DNA from: Candidatus Pelagibacter sp.
GTDB lineage: Bacteria; Pseudomonadota; Alphaproteobacteria; Pelagibacterales; Pelagibacteraceae
Direction: 5' to 3'
Length of the DNA stretch: 64,000 nucleotides
Assembly (NCBI RefSeq): GCF_052049855.1
Contig: NZ_JBNGZE010000002.1
Coordinates: 211,798-275,797 of the forward strand
Part shown: positions 36,296 to 46,934 of the stretch, in pieces
Numbering within the stretch: position 1 is the first letter of the stretch
Layout of the letters: the number at the start of each line of letters is the position of its first letter
Position numbers and translations under genes: made by a program
The notes under the pieces: model-generated
Told to the model about the DNA's origin: nothing
Seen by the model: the letters and a program-made list of their open reading frames with translations, nothing else
Databases searched by the model: none

Positions 36296-36692
36296 TGTTA
36301 GATCTTAATTTTTTTCCAACATTATCTAATAAAGCATTAAGGTATTTTGTTTGTGAGTCTTCAAGAAAAAAATTAGATGAATTTAAATATTCTTTAATGA
36401 TTATATTTATAGATAAATTTGGTTTGTACATAAATTCATAAGTTGCTGCTTTTAAAATTGTTTGAAAAACTTTATCTAATTTTTCAAATACAAATTCATC
36501 ACCTAATTTATTATTTAATTCATCTAAAATAAGATCGTTTCTTTCTATCGTTCCTAAAACGATATCTTTAATAAATTTTTTAAATCTGTGTTTTGGAAAA
36601 TTTAAATCATCATCTTCATTATAAAATTTCCCATATAATTTCTGGATAATTATAACTCTAGGGTTATTTTTTGGGTTATAATGAGTTCTCAT
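36288..36692 (-). CDS. nusB: Transcription antitermination factor NusB
   Basis: R...IQ.LY, IL..ATYE, IIKEY, LNALLD; ribH-nusB-thiL synteny. Confidence 0.88.
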   Translation of the reverse strand: MRTHYNPKNNPRVIIIQKLYGKFYNEDDDLNFPKHRFKKFIKDIVLGTIERNDLILDELNNKLGDEFVFEKLDKVFQTILKAATYEFMYKPNLSINIIIKEYLNSSNFFLEDSQTKYLNALLDNVGKKLRSNNV

Positions 36693-37081
36693 TTTTGAGA
36701 CAAAACTGAAATCACAGCTTCTGCAGCTTCAGCACCCTTTTTCCTTCTAGCTCTTGCTTGAGCCATATTTAGACAGGTAATTATTCCATTTCCAATAGGT
36801 TTTTTACTATCTATAGATAATTTCATTATGGCATCTGTTGAAGCTTGAGAAATAAAATCAAAGTGTGGAGTTTGACCTTTAATTACACATCCTAAAGCTA
36901 AAAAACCATCAAATTTTTTTAAATTTTTGGAGATTGTAACTGGAATTTCAAAAGCACCTGGTACTTTAATAATTTTTATTATATTTTTTTTTGGAATTAT
37001 TTTTAAAGCACTGTTTATTAAGCCATCAGCAACATCTTTATAATAATCTGCTACAACAATTAAGTATTTTTTTTTCATCAA
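36689..37081 (-). CDS. ribH: 6,7-dimethyl-8-ribityllumazine synthase
   Basis: VPGAFEIP, ALGCVIKGQTPHFD. Confidence 0.95.
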   Translation of the reverse strand: MMKKKYLIVVADYYKDVADGLINSALKIIPKKNIIKIIKVPGAFEIPVTISKNLKKFDGFLALGCVIKGQTPHFDFISQASTDAIMKLSIDSKKPIGNGIITCLNMAQARARRKKGAEAAEAVISVLSQK

Positions 37082-38178
37082 ATTAATTCCTGTTTTGTAA
37101 TTTTTATACCATAACCGTCAAGACCAATAACTTTTTTTGGTGATTTAGTGATTAATATCATATTTTTAATTTTTAAGTCTTTAATAATTTGAGCTCCAAT
37201 ACCATAATTTCTTATTAACTTATCATTTCCCTTTTTATAAAAGTCTTTGTTTTTATAATCTTTTAAAGTCTGAGTTACTGATTTTAAATTCGAGTCTTTA
37301 ATAAAAACTAAAACACAATTTTGATATTTTTTAAAATAATTTAAAGTCTTGTTAAATGAATTTGGTAGTGATTGATTTATTAGATAGTTTTGGACAACAT
37401 TAGATGAAATTACTCTTACTCTTGGAGTAATACCTTTTTTTATTTTACCTTTTATTAATGCAAAATGCTCTGAACCATCTAAAAGATTCTCATAAATTCT
37501 AATATTGTATTTTTGTTTTTTTACATCAATCTTGCTTTGTTTTTTAAGTTTAATAAGTTTTTCTTTTTTAAGTCTATATGCGATCAGATCTTCTATCTTT
37601 CCAATTTTTAATTTATGTTTTTTTGCAAAATTGAATAAATCCTGGCCTTTAGCCATAGTTCCATCTTCATTCATAATTTCACAAATTACAGCAGAGTTAT
37701 TTTTTTTTGCTAATTTAGATATATCAACTGAAGCTTCAGTGTGCCCTGCTCTAACAAGCACTCCGCCATCTTTGGCTATAATTGGAAAAACGTGACCAGG
37801 GGAAACAATTTCATTTTTATTTGCTTTTTTTTTAGAAGCAATTTTAATTGTTCTAGCTCTATCTTTAGCAGATATACCTGTAGTTATCCCTTTTTTTGCT
37901 TCAATAGAAATTGTAAAGGCCGTTTTGTTTCTTGATTGATTTACTGGAGACATTAAAGATAAATTTAATCTTTTTGCTTGAAGGGTATCGAGTGCTAAAC
38001 AAATTAAACCTCGTCCATATTTCGCCATGAAGTTAATATTCTTTGCATTCGAGTCTGATGTAGAAATAACTAAATCTCCCTCATTTTCTCTTTTTTCATC
38101 ATCAACTAAAATAAACATACCCCCTTTTTTGGCTACACTTATAATTGACTCTATTGATGCAAAATTATTTTTTCCCAT
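37078..38178 (-). CDS. ribB: DHBP synthase fused to a degenerate GTP cyclohydrolase II-like domain
   Basis: DDEKRENEGD, PGHVFP, RAGHTEA; C-terminal domain keeps RNYGIGAQI but lacks the Zn ligands. Confidence 0.9.
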   Translation of the reverse strand: MGKNNFASIESIISVAKKGGMFILVDDEKRENEGDLVISTSDSNAKNINFMAKYGRGLICLALDTLQAKRLNLSLMSPVNQSRNKTAFTISIEAKKGITTGISAKDRARTIKIASKKKANKNEIVSPGHVFPIIAKDGGVLVRAGHTEASVDISKLAKKNNSAVICEIMNEDGTMAKGQDLFNFAKKHKLKIGKIEDLIAYRLKKEKLIKLKKQSKIDVKKQKYNIRIYENLLDGSEHFALIKGKIKKGITPRVRVISSNVVQNYLINQSLPNSFNKTLNYFKKYQNCVLVFIKDSNLKSVTQTLKDYKNKDFYKKGNDKLIRNYGIGAQIIKDLKIKNMILITKSPKKVIGLDGYGIKITKQELI

Positions 38179-38758
38179 GAAAATAATTCCTAACGTATTT
38201 AGACAAGATATCTATCTCTATGTTAACTAAACTAGATTTTTTTAAATTTGATAAATTCGTTTCTTTGTAGGTATGAGGAATTATCCATATCTGAAAACCT
38301 TTTTTAGTAACTTTTGAAATTGTTAGGGAAATCCCATTTACACAAATCGATGCTTTTTCTATTAAGTGTTTTCTCTCCTTTTTAGGTAAATCAAAGTCGA
38401 AAAGAAATGATTTATCTATTTTTTTAATATTTAATACTTTACCTACAGTATCAACATGACCTTGACAAATATGCCCTGAGATTTTTGTCCCATATTTTAA
38501 AGGTAATTCTAAATTTATTTTATCTCTTATTTTTAAAAATTTAAATTTTGAACGAATTATTGTTTCTTTAGATAGATAAAATTCCATAATTTTTGATCTA
38601 TATGATATTAAAGTTAAGCAAACTCCATCACATGCAACTGACAAGCCTATATCTTTTTTTGAGACTCTAAGATTGCTTTTTAAAAAAATATTAAGACCTT
38701 TGGGTCTTTTAATAATTTTAGTTATAATACCTTGGTTGTAAATTATTCCGTTAAACAT
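38165..38758 (-). CDS. ribE: Riboflavin synthase (alpha)
   Basis: MFNGII, DGVCLT, GHICQGHVD, NGISLT, IPHT, VNIEID. Confidence 0.94.
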   Translation of the reverse strand: MFNGIIYNQGIITKIIKRPKGLNIFLKSNLRVSKKDIGLSVACDGVCLTLISYRSKIMEFYLSKETIIRSKFKFLKIRDKINLELPLKYGTKISGHICQGHVDTVGKVLNIKKIDKSFLFDFDLPKKERKHLIEKASICVNGISLTISKVTKKGFQIWIIPHTYKETNLSNLKKSSLVNIEIDILSKYVRNYFHGKK

Positions 38759-38763
38759 AATTT

Positions 38764-39867
38764 CTATCTATATAGTGTTATTCTGTCTTTTCGCAAATTC
38801 AGATTTAAATTAATCTTTGTTTGATACTTTTGATTTAATCTGTTCAGACCACTAAATTTTAAATATTCTGAGCTTTTAGAAAGATTTTTAGGACTTTTGA
38901 ATAAATAAAATTTATTAAAATTTTTGTTTTTGAGCAGAGAATTGGTTAGTTCATTTCCACCCTCTATCAATAAATTCCTGCAGCCAAAATTATATAGCTT
39001 TTTCAAAATTTTTCTCATATCAAATCTGTTGTTACTATCTACTTTAGATTTAACAAGAATAATTCCTTTTCTTTTAAATTTAGAAATTTTTGATTTATCA
39101 GCTTTGTTATAAAATATTAAAGTATTTTTGTTATTAGAAGATTTTATTATATAGCTGTTTGTTTTAGTCTTTAAATTATTATCTAAAATAATTCTTTTAG
39201 GAGAAAAATTTTTCAAACCCTTTAAACGACAATTTAATCTTGGATTATCTTTGTTTAGTGTTTTGTATGTAATCATCAAACTATCGTTTTGATATCTCAA
39301 AAGATGTGAAAACATATCTGAATAAATATTTGTAATTTTTTTTTGATACTTAGTGTAAATAATATTGTTTTTTGAAATAGCTATTTTGCCAGTAACATAA
39401 GGTAATTTTTTCTTTCTATTAAAAAAATAAGGAGAATAAAAGTTTTCGATTTTATTTTTTAACAAACCTTTTTTTACAATTATTTTTTTTGAATTTAAAA
39501 TTTTAAAACTTTTATTACTTACTCTTTTGTCTATATCCGTAACAGAATATATGACTTCAGAAATTTTTGATTTAATTATTAAATCAGTGCATGGTGGCGT
39601 TAATCCATGATGACAGCATGGTTCTAGAGTAACATACATTTTTGAGTCTTTTAAATCTTCAAAACAATTTTTAATTGCATTAGACTCTGCATGTGGTCTT
39701 CCATTAAATGAAGTTTGACCTATAGAAATTATTTTATCATTTTTAACAATTACACATCCAACCGAAGGATTTGATCCAGTGAGACCGTGACGAGATCTAG
39801 CCAGATCTAAGGCTATCTCCATGTAAGATTTGTCTTTTAATGTAAATTTATGTTTTTTTGTAGACAT
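38764..39867 (-). CDS. ribD: Bifunctional riboflavin deaminase/reductase
   Basis: NPSVGC, HAE, TLEPCCH..TPPC; reductase [12 protein letters not shown]. Start set at ATG 39867. Confidence 0.92.
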   Translation of the reverse strand: MSTKKHKFTLKDKSYMEIALDLARSRHGLTGSNPSVGCVIVKNDKIISIGQTSFNGRPHAESNAIKNCFEDLKDSKMYVTLEPCCHHGLTPPCTDLIIKSKISEVIYSVTDIDKRVSNKSFKILNSKKIIVKKGLLKNKIENFYSPYFFNRKKKLPYVTGKIAISKNNIIYTKYQKKITNIYSDMFSHLLRYQNDSLMITYKTLNKDNPRLNCRLKGLKNFSPKRIILDNNLKTKTNSYIIKSSNNKNTLIFYNKADKSKISKFKRKGIILVKSKVDSNNRFDMRKILKKLYNFGCRNLLIEGGNELTNSLLKNKNFNKFYLFKSPKNLSKSSEYLKFSGLNRLNQKYQTKINLNLNLRKDRITLYR

Positions 39868-40306
39868 TAAGTTTGTCCACGAATTGCACAAAATCTTTTT
39901 CTTCTCTAAAGTTTCTATAAACTGATGCAAACCTTACGTAACCAACAGGATCTAAATCCTTTAAACCATCCATAACCATTGTTCCAATTGTATTAGTAGA
40001 TATTTCACTTTGACCAATTTCCTCTAATGATCTTGAGATCTGACTTATAAATTTTTCTATGGTTTCGGTGTCTATAGGTCTTTTCTTTAAGGCAATATAA
40101 ATAGATTTTGATAGTTTATCTCTATCGAATACAGATTTTCTGCCATTTTTTTTAACTACCATTAATTCTCTATATTGAACTCTTTCAAAAGTTGTGAAAC
40201 GAGCTCCACAAGTACAAAGTCTTCTTCTTCTTATAGCAGTACCATCTTCTGTTGGTCTAGAGTCGACAACTGAGGTCTCCCCTTTTTTACATATTGAGCA
40301 AATCAT
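39848..40306 (-). CDS. nrdR: Transcriptional repressor NrdR
   Basis: VVDSRP, IRRRR.C, RFTTFE, ATP cone, YVRFASVY. Confidence 0.95.
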   Translation of the reverse strand: MICSICKKGETSVVDSRPTEDGTAIRRRRLCTCGARFTTFERVQYRELMVVKKNGRKSVFDRDKLSKSIYIALKKRPIDTETIEKFISQISRSLEEIGQSEISTNTIGTMVMDGLKDLDPVGYVRFASVYRNFREEKDFVQFVDKLNVYKKT

Positions 40307-40309
40307 TTA

Positions 40310-41617
40310 CTAAAGGTTCTTATATATCGGAAATGACGAAGTTAAAGAAATAACTTCATTTTTTACTTCTTCTTCTATTTTGCTATTATCTGACGGATTT
40401 TCAGATAAACCTTTTAAAGTTTTTGTGATTAATTCTCCTACAGTTTTAAATTCGCTTAGTCCAAAACCTCTTGTAGTAGCTGCTTGAGTACCTAATCGAA
40501 TGCCTGAGGTAATCATAGGTTTTTCTGTATCAAAAGGAATACCATTTTTATTGCACGTAATATTTGCTCTAGATAAACTTTCTGCTGCAAGATTACCTTT
40601 TACATTATAAGGCCTTAAATCTACCAACATCAAATGAGTATCTGTTCCATCAGAATAAATTTTAAACCCATTATTTTTTAAAGTTTCTGCAAGCATCTTA
40701 GCATTTGCTAAAACAGATTTAATATAATTTTGAAATTCTGGCTGTAATGCCTCTAAAAATCCAGCAGCTTTAGCTGCAATAATATGCATTAAAGGTCCAC
40801 CCTGATAACCAGGAAAAACTGCTGTATTAAATTTTTTAGCAAGATCTTCATGATTAGTTAAAATTATACCACCTCTTGCACTTCTAAAAACTTTGTGTGT
40901 CGTTGATGTAACAACATGTGCATAGTCACAAGGATTAGGATAACCTTTACCTGCAACTAAACCAGAGAAGTGTGCCATATCAACCATTAAATATGCTCCG
41001 ACTTTATCTGCTATTTCTCTAAATCTCTTAAAATCAATTACTCTAGAATATGCACTTCCACCCGCAATTATGAGTTTAGGTTTATGTTCTAAAGCAAGTT
41101 TTTCAACATTATCATAGTCAATTAATTCTGACTCTTTATCAACATCATATCCTATTGCATTGAACCATTTACCAGACATTGAAATTTTTAATCCATGTGT
41201 AATATGACCACCTGAATTTAAACTCATACCCATAAATGTATCCCCTGGGCTTAATAAAGCTAAAAATACTGCGCCATTTGCTTGAGCCCCTGAATGTGGT
41301 TGCGCGTTTGCAAATTTACAATTAAATAATTTTTTTAATCTTTCAATTGCAAGATTTTCTGCAACATCAACATGCTCACAACCATTGTAATATCTTTTAC
41401 CAGGATACCCTTCTGCATACTTATTGGTTAAAACTGAACCTTGTGCTTCTAATACTGCTTGAGAAACTATATTTTCAGAAGCGATTAGTTCTATATGTTG
41501 CTGTTGTCTGATTAATTCATCTTTGATAGCCTTATAAAGCTCTGGATCTTTTACTGACAAACTGTCTTCAAAGAAGCTTTTATAACTATCGTTTAAATAA
41601 TTTTTTTCACTAGACAT
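40310..41617 (-). CDS. glyA: Serine hydroxymethyltransferase
   Basis: [32 protein letters not shown]. Confidence 0.97.
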   Translation of the reverse strand: MSSEKNYLNDSYKSFFEDSLSVKDPELYKAIKDELIRQQQHIELIASENIVSQAVLEAQGSVLTNKYAEGYPGKRYYNGCEHVDVAENLAIERLKKLFNCKFANAQPHSGAQANGAVFLALLSPGDTFMGMSLNSGGHITHGLKISMSGKWFNAIGYDVDKESELIDYDNVEKLALEHKPKLIIAGGSAYSRVIDFKRFREIADKVGAYLMVDMAHFSGLVAGKGYPNPCDYAHVVTSTTHKVFRSARGGIILTNHEDLAKKFNTAVFPGYQGGPLMHIIAAKAAGFLEALQPEFQNYIKSVLANAKMLAETLKNNGFKIYSDGTDTHLMLVDLRPYNVKGNLAAESLSRANITCNKNGIPFDTEKPMITSGIRLGTQAATTRGFGLSEFKTVGELITKTLKGLSENPSDNSKIEEEVKNEVISLTSSFPIYKNL

Positions 41618-41619
41618 AA

Positions 41620-42045
41620 TTATATTTTTTTAACTCTTTTTAGGTGTCTACCACCATCAAATTTAGTATTTAAAAAAACACCTACAAACTTTAAAGCATT
41701 TTTTTTAGATATCAATCTTGAACCTAATGTAATGATGTTTGCATCATTATGCAATCTGGATAATTTTGTTGATTTTAGATTAAAACATTGCGCTGCACGC
41801 ACATTTTTATGCTTATTTGCCGCAATATTCATACCAGTCCCGGAACCACATACTAAAATACCTACATTTCTCTTATTAAGTTTTATTTTTTTTGCAACTT
41901 TATGTGCATAGTCAGGATAATCAACACTACTATTATCTTTTGGACCAAGGTCCTCAAATTTTACTTTTTTATTTTTTAAATAAACTTTGATTGACTCTTT
42001 TAATTTAAATCCAGCGTGATCAGATGAAATAAATATTTTTTTCAA
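41620..42045 (-). CDS. rpiB: Ribose-5-phosphate isomerase B
   Basis: SDHAG, DYPDYA, CGSGTG, ANK, HNDAN, GGRH. Confidence 0.94.
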   Translation of the reverse strand: MKKIFISSDHAGFKLKESIKVYLKNKKVKFEDLGPKDNSSVDYPDYAHKVAKKIKLNKRNVGILVCGSGTGMNIAANKHKNVRAAQCFNLKSTKLSRLHNDANIITLGSRLISKKNALKFVGVFLNTKFDGGRHLKRVKKI

Positions 42046-42046
42046 A

Positions 42047-42685
42047 TTAATTAAATTTGTAATCTAAAACACAAGCAACTAAATGTATTCTATTCTCCTC
42101 ACCACCATTAAATGCATTGTGATACTTCGTGTTATTTGTGACCCATACTGACCCATCCGCAGGCATGTGCTTTGCAACATTATCAATAACCATGATACAG
42201 CCAGGGTTAGTAATTATAGGAATATGTAATCTTGGCTCAGGATCTCTATGCCAACTCAAAGTTGATCTTGGTTCTTTTAAAAGAATTCTAACTCTTCCTA
42301 ATTTATATTTAGATGACAGAGTATCATATACTTCTTTAAAGTAAGTATTTTCATAATCTTTTATAAATTCCGAATATTGTGATTCATCAAGAGACTCATC
42401 TCTAACTACTTCTTTCCCTGATTTATCAGGTTTTGTCCAATATACTCCTCTAGCCTTGTTACCTTTGATTGAGTTTGGATCACCAGGTATTTGGGTTAAT
42501 GATATAGCTCCAAAGTGAGTTACACCAGCATCTTCAAATTTTTTAATCTTAACTATTTGATGATAAGCTTCTTGCAACTTTTCAATATCAAACTTAATTT
42601 CTTGTTTCTGAAAATCGCTAAAGTCTAATACTCTATCTTCTTTTTTAATATTTAAGTCTATTACTTTTGAATTTTCTATCGTCAT
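42047..42685 (-). CDS. 2OG-Fe(II) oxygenase with Asp/Asn beta-hydroxylase-like domain
   Basis: LSWHRD (HxD), RLHIPIITN, HNAFNGG, RIHLV. Confidence 0.75.
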   Translation of the reverse strand: MTIENSKVIDLNIKKEDRVLDFSDFQKQEIKFDIEKLQEAYHQIVKIKKFEDAGVTHFGAISLTQIPGDPNSIKGNKARGVYWTKPDKSGKEVVRDESLDESQYSEFIKDYENTYFKEVYDTLSSKYKLGRVRILLKEPRSTLSWHRDPEPRLHIPIITNPGCIMVIDNVAKHMPADGSVWVTNNTKYHNAFNGGEENRIHLVACVLDYKFN

Positions 42686-42758
42686 CTTGATTGCTTTCTA
42701 CCCTTTTTTTTGTATATGTGTATATTACATTTGTCGCAATTTAAAAGTAAATTAGAAC

Positions 42759-43748
42759 ATGATTATTGGGAAATATCCGAGTCTTAGACTTAGAAGAAAT
42801 AGAAAAGAATCCTGGTCAAGAAGACTGATTCAAGAAAACACCTTAAGTCCAAATGATTTTATATTACCTATTTTTTTAATTGAAGGATCAAATAAACGGC
42901 AAAAGATTTCATCAATGCCAGGTGTATACAGATATACAATTAATCGATTGAGCCAAATAGTGGACAGAGCCATTAAAAAAAAGATACCAATGGTTGCACT
43001 TTTTCCAAAAACCCAAAATGTACATAAAGATGAATTGGGAACAGAATCACTTAATGAAAAAAATTTAGTTTGTAGAGCAATTAAAGAAATTAAAAAAAGA
43101 TACAAAAATCAAATAGGTATAATGTGTGACGTAGCATTAGATCCCTACACATCACATGGTCATGACGGTTTAATTAAATCTAACACTATTCTAAACGACG
43201 AGACTGTAGAGATACTAATTAATCAATCATTACTTCAAGCAGAGATGGGTTGTGATGTAATTGCCCCATCAGATATGATGGATGGCAGAATAGGGAAAAT
43301 AAGAAAGGCTTTGGATAAAAATAAATTCCAAAACGTTCAAATATTATCGTACGCTGCAAAATATGCCTCAAGCTTTTATGGACCTTTTAGAGATGCAATC
43401 GGTTCTATAGGTTCATTAAAAGGAGACAAAAAAACTTATCAGATGGATTATAGAAATTCTGATGAAGCTTTAAGAGAAGTTGCACTAGATATTAAAGAAG
43501 GAGCAGATATGGTAATGGTTAAACCAGGTATGCCCTACTTAGACATAATAAAATCAATAAAAGAAAAATTTAAATTACCTGTATTTGCCTATCAAGTGTC
43601 AGGAGAATACAGCTTAATTGAAACAGCTATAGCGAAAAAATTAATTAATAAAGATGCTATATATGAAAGTTTAGTTGCTTTTAAGAGAGCTGGTGCCAAT
43701 GCTATAGTAAGTTATTACGCTGATAGAATTGATAAAATAATAAGATAG
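42759..43748 (+). CDS. hemB: Porphobilinogen synthase
   Basis: DVALDPYTSHGHDG, SDMMDG, YAAKYASSFYGPFRDA, MVKP. Confidence 0.97.
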   Translation: MIIGKYPSLRLRRNRKESWSRRLIQENTLSPNDFILPIFLIEGSNKRQKISSMPGVYRYTINRLSQIVDRAIKKKIPMVALFPKTQNVHKDELGTESLNEKNLVCRAIKEIKKRYKNQIGIMCDVALDPYTSHGHDGLIKSNTILNDETVEILINQSLLQAEMGCDVIAPSDMMDGRIGKIRKALDKNKFQNVQILSYAAKYASSFYGPFRDAIGSIGSLKGDKKTYQMDYRNSDEALREVALDIKEGADMVMVKPGMPYLDIIKSIKEKFKLPVFAYQVSGEYSLIETAIAKKLINKDAIYESLVAFKRAGANAIVSYYADRIDKIIR

Positions 43749-44429
43749 TTATTTTAATGTATTTAAAAATAGTAATCTGCTATTAGGATAATTTAAATTA
43801 TTTGGTTTTAATATAGTTTTATCCAAATAATCACCTACTAATTTCAAACCGCTCAGCAAAGTGCCGAGATCATTTACTTCTATATCTTTTTCAATTAAAA
43901 AATTAGGTACATATTTTTTTTCATTTAAAGAACTAGCGAAATATACAGTTTTGTTACCTTCCAAATCTTTTTCAACTAAATTTTCAAGTGCTAAGTCATA
44001 TCCTAAAATTTTAAGTAACTCCAATTCCCAAAAAACATATTTTTTTAACCAATCTTTTTCTTTTAGAATTAAAAATAAATTTTGAATTATAAAATAAACT
44101 TTATCATTAGATTGAGACTCTGCTGTTAGTATTTTAATCAAATTCATTGCAGAAGTAATACAAGAAAGCTTTTGTTTATGGTTAAAGTATAATGGTGTAT
44201 ATGCATTTAAAATCTCTATTTTAAAATAACCTATTCGGTTTTCATTTTTAGAATTATAATTAACATGAAGTTTATTGCCAACTTGAAGATAGTTTTTAAT
44301 TTTTTTTGAAGTACCACCAAATATAATTCCTGATATCTTTCCTTTATTTTTAGTAAATAATTCTACAATTAATGAATTTTCATTATATCTTGTTTTACTT
44401 ATTAAAAATCCTTCGTCCGACCAATTCAT
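43749..44429 (-). CDS. recO: DNA repair protein RecO
   Basis: W.DEG..I....Y.E...IV..FT...G; FWELELL..LGY. Confidence 0.85.
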   Translation of the reverse strand: MNWSDEGFLISKTRYNENSLIVELFTKNKGKISGIIFGGTSKKIKNYLQVGNKLHVNYNSKNENRIGYFKIEILNAYTPLYFNHKQKLSCITSAMNLIKILTAESQSNDKVYFIIQNLFLILKEKDWLKKYVFWELELLKILGYDLALENLVEKDLEGNKTVYFASSLNEKKYVPNFLIEKDIEVNDLGTLLSGLKLVGDYLDKTILKPNNLNYPNSRLLFLNTLK

Positions 44430-45094
44430 TTTTTATTTATTATTTTTAAACATTCTATTGCTGCATTTTGTTCAGCCACTTTCTTTGATTTTCCAGAAGC
44501 TATAAAATATTTTGTATTGGGCAATTTTACTCCAACTTTGAATATAGGTTTGTGTCTTGGACCAGTATTTGAAATTAATTTATATGTAGGTAGTTTTTTA
44601 AATTTTTTTAAAGTTAGTTCCTGTAACTTTGTTTTTGCATCTATTTCTGTAACTACACTTCTTTCAATGTGATCTTTCCATAAGTTTAAAATTGTTTTTT
44701 CAACAAATGTAAAACCTTTATCAAGATAAATAGCACCAATTAATGCTTCACAACTATCAGATATAATTTTGTCCTCAATTTTTATTTTTTTATTGTTGGG
44801 ATTAAATGTTTTAATATAACTAGTTAAATTAATTTTTTTTGCTATATCCAGACACGTTTTCTTATTAACTAACGATGCAAATTTTTTATCAAGAATACCT
44901 TCTTTTTCACCTGGATAAATTTCTAAAAGTTTTTTTGCTATCACTAAACCAAGAACTCTATCACCCAGAAACTCTATCTTTTCATTATTTTCAGTTGGGT
45001 TAAAACTTTTATGAGTAAGAGCTTGGATAAGAAGATCTTTATTTTTAAATTTTATATCAATTTTTCTTTCTAAACTCTGATAGTTAATTTTCAT
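44426..45094 (-). CDS. rnc: Ribonuclease III
   Basis: ALTHKS, NEKIEFLGDRVLG, EALIGAIYLD, dsRBD. Confidence 0.96.
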   Translation of the reverse strand: MKINYQSLERKIDIKFKNKDLLIQALTHKSFNPTENNEKIEFLGDRVLGLVIAKKLLEIYPGEKEGILDKKFASLVNKKTCLDIAKKINLTSYIKTFNPNNKKIKIEDKIISDSCEALIGAIYLDKGFTFVEKTILNLWKDHIERSVVTEIDAKTKLQELTLKKFKKLPTYKLISNTGPRHKPIFKVGVKLPNTKYFIASGKSKKVAEQNAAIECLKIINKK

Positions 45095-45831
45095 TAATTA
45101 ATTTTATTAAAAGTTCTATTAAATCTTATTGACTTATGCCATTTCCAAAATTCAATAAAACTTCCTATTCTTTTATCTGAGGAGAAAAATATAAATTGAG
45201 CTTTTCCAACTAAATTATTTTTATGCACATATCCAACACTTGTCAAGTACCTGCTATCTTTAGAACAATCTCTGTTGTCACCTAAAAAGAAATAATGATC
45301 TTTTGGTACAGTGAATATATCTGAATTTTGATAAGTAAAATCTTTTAAATAAACAGTATGAAATTTTTTACCATTTGAAAGTTTTTCCTCAAATCTATAA
45401 ACATCAATACTTTTGTTTCCACAGAAAATAGAAGTTTTGTTTTGAATTTTGGATTTAAGAATTTCAGAATTATTTAAATATAAATTAGAGTCGATAAACT
45501 GAATTTTATCACCAGGCAGACCAATTAATCTTTTAATGTAGTCTGTTCTATTATCTGCAGGCGTTTTAAACACGATCACATCACCCCTTTCTGGACTACT
45601 AAACATAATTCTTTTGTTTAAAACTGGGGGGCTAAAAGGAAATGAATGCTTACTATATCCATATGTATATTTAGTTACAAACAATCTATCACCCACTAAC
45701 AAAGTAGGTTCCATGGATGATGATGGTATATAAAATGGTTGTATTAAAAATGATCTAATAATAACTGCAATTATGAATGCATAAATTAATGTTTTTATAT
45801 TTTCTGAAAAAAAATTTTTATCTAATTTCAT
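45094..45831 (-). CDS. lepB: Signal peptidase I
   Basis: IPSSSMEPTL, YIKRLIGLPGD, GDNRD.S.DSR. Confidence 0.96.
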   Translation of the reverse strand: MKLDKNFFSENIKTLIYAFIIAVIIRSFLIQPFYIPSSSMEPTLLVGDRLFVTKYTYGYSKHSFPFSPPVLNKRIMFSSPERGDVIVFKTPADNRTDYIKRLIGLPGDKIQFIDSNLYLNNSEILKSKIQNKTSIFCGNKSIDVYRFEEKLSNGKKFHTVYLKDFTYQNSDIFTVPKDHYFFLGDNRDCSKDSRYLTSVGYVHKNNLVGKAQFIFFSSDKRIGSFIEFWKWHKSIRFNRTFNKIN

Positions 45832-46214
45832 GAAGTTTGAATAATTGCAAATGCAGTTGAATATTTTTTTTCATCCGAAATTGATAGAAAACATTTATAA
45901 TTTTTGATTTTAAAGTTCTTTTGAATGATTTTTGTAATTTTTTTATTTTTAACATAATAAGGCTTTCCCATTTTATCATTAACAACTTCTATATCTTTAA
46001 AATTTAAATTCATACGAAAACCTGTGCCAAGAGCTTTAGAAAATGCCTCTTTTGCAGCAAATCTCTTCGAAAAAAAAGCTACTTTATTGTCTGAAACATT
46101 AGACTGTTTCAATTCTTTAAATGAATAAATTCTTTTTTTAAATAAAGGATTTTTAATAGATTTTTGAATTCTTTTATTTTCAACAATATCAACACCAATA
46201 CCAAGAATTTTCAT
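45828..46214 (-). CDS. acpS: Holo-ACP synthase
   Basis: GIGVDIV, RFAAKEAFSKALGTG, SISD. Confidence 0.95.
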   Translation of the reverse strand: MKILGIGVDIVENKRIQKSIKNPLFKKRIYSFKELKQSNVSDNKVAFFSKRFAAKEAFSKALGTGFRMNLNFKDIEVVNDKMGKPYYVKNKKITKIIQKNFKIKNYKCFLSISDEKKYSTAFAIIQTS

Positions 46215-46934
46215 TTATTTTTTTATAATTTTTTTTAAGTTTTTTATTACTTTTGAAAGTCCATCAAATATTGACTCCCCAATTATAAAATGTCCAATGT
46301 TATACTCCTCAATATATATAATTTTTGTTAACATTTTGGTTGTTTTATAGTCTAGACCATGACCAGCATGAACTTCTATATTTAAACTTGATGCTAATTT
46401 TGCACTTTTTTTAATTCTGTTTAATTCACTAAGATAACTTTTTTTTGATTTAACTAGGTTTGCTAGTTTTCCAGTATGTATTTCAATACAATCAGCATTT
46501 AATTTTTTAGCAAGTCTAATGTCATTTGGAGCGGGGTTAATGAATAAACTTGTTCTTATCTTTGCTTTTTTAAATTTTTTAATTATTTTCTCTAATTTAT
46601 TAAGATTGTTTTTTATATTTAAACCTCCCTCAGTAGTAATTTCTTTTCTATTTTCTGGAACTAAACAAATAAAATTTGGTTTTATCTTAAGTGCTTTATT
46701 GACAATTTCTTTGTTCATAGAAATTTCAAGGTTTACAAGCACATTTTTTAAACTACATATTTTTTTTGCGTCAATATCATTTATATGTCTTCTATCTTCT
46801 CTTAAATGAATTGTTACAGAATCAGCTCCATAACTAATAACTTTTTTAGCTGCGTATAATGGATCTGGATGTTTCTCTCCACGGGCGTTTCGTAAAGTTG
46901 CAATATGATCTATATTTACACCTAACCTTTTCAC
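46215..46934 (-). CDS. pdxJ: Pyridoxine 5'-phosphate synthase
   Basis: LGVNIDHIATLRNAR, HLREDRRH, HAGHGL, NIGH. Confidence 0.96.
   Translation of the reverse strand: MKRLGVNIDHIATLRNARGEKHPDPLYAAKKVISYGADSVTIHLREDRRHINDIDAKKICSLKNVLVNLEISMNKEIVNKALKIKPNFICLVPENRKEITTEGGLNIKNNLNKLEKIIKKFKKAKIRTSLFINPAPNDIRLAKKLNADCIEIHTGKLANLVKSKKSYLSELNRIKKSAKLASSLNIEVHAGHGLDYKTTKMLTKIIYIEEYNIGHFIIGESIFDGLSKVIKNLKKIIKK

Noticed and set aside
38764-39400. Possibly dead RibD reductase domain (SLDG reads SKNN, no Trp)
   Set aside because: Lys, Arg, Thr, Asp, Arg and Glu positions of the active site appear retained; divergence alone is not enough.
40190-40230. NrdR second zinc knuckle spaced CxC rather than CxxC
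   Set aside because: All four Cys are present; a one-residue change with no evidence of functional effect.
45586-45591. G6 run in lepB
   Set aside because: Short, encodes Ser-Pro-Pro on the coding strand, and the gene is essential.
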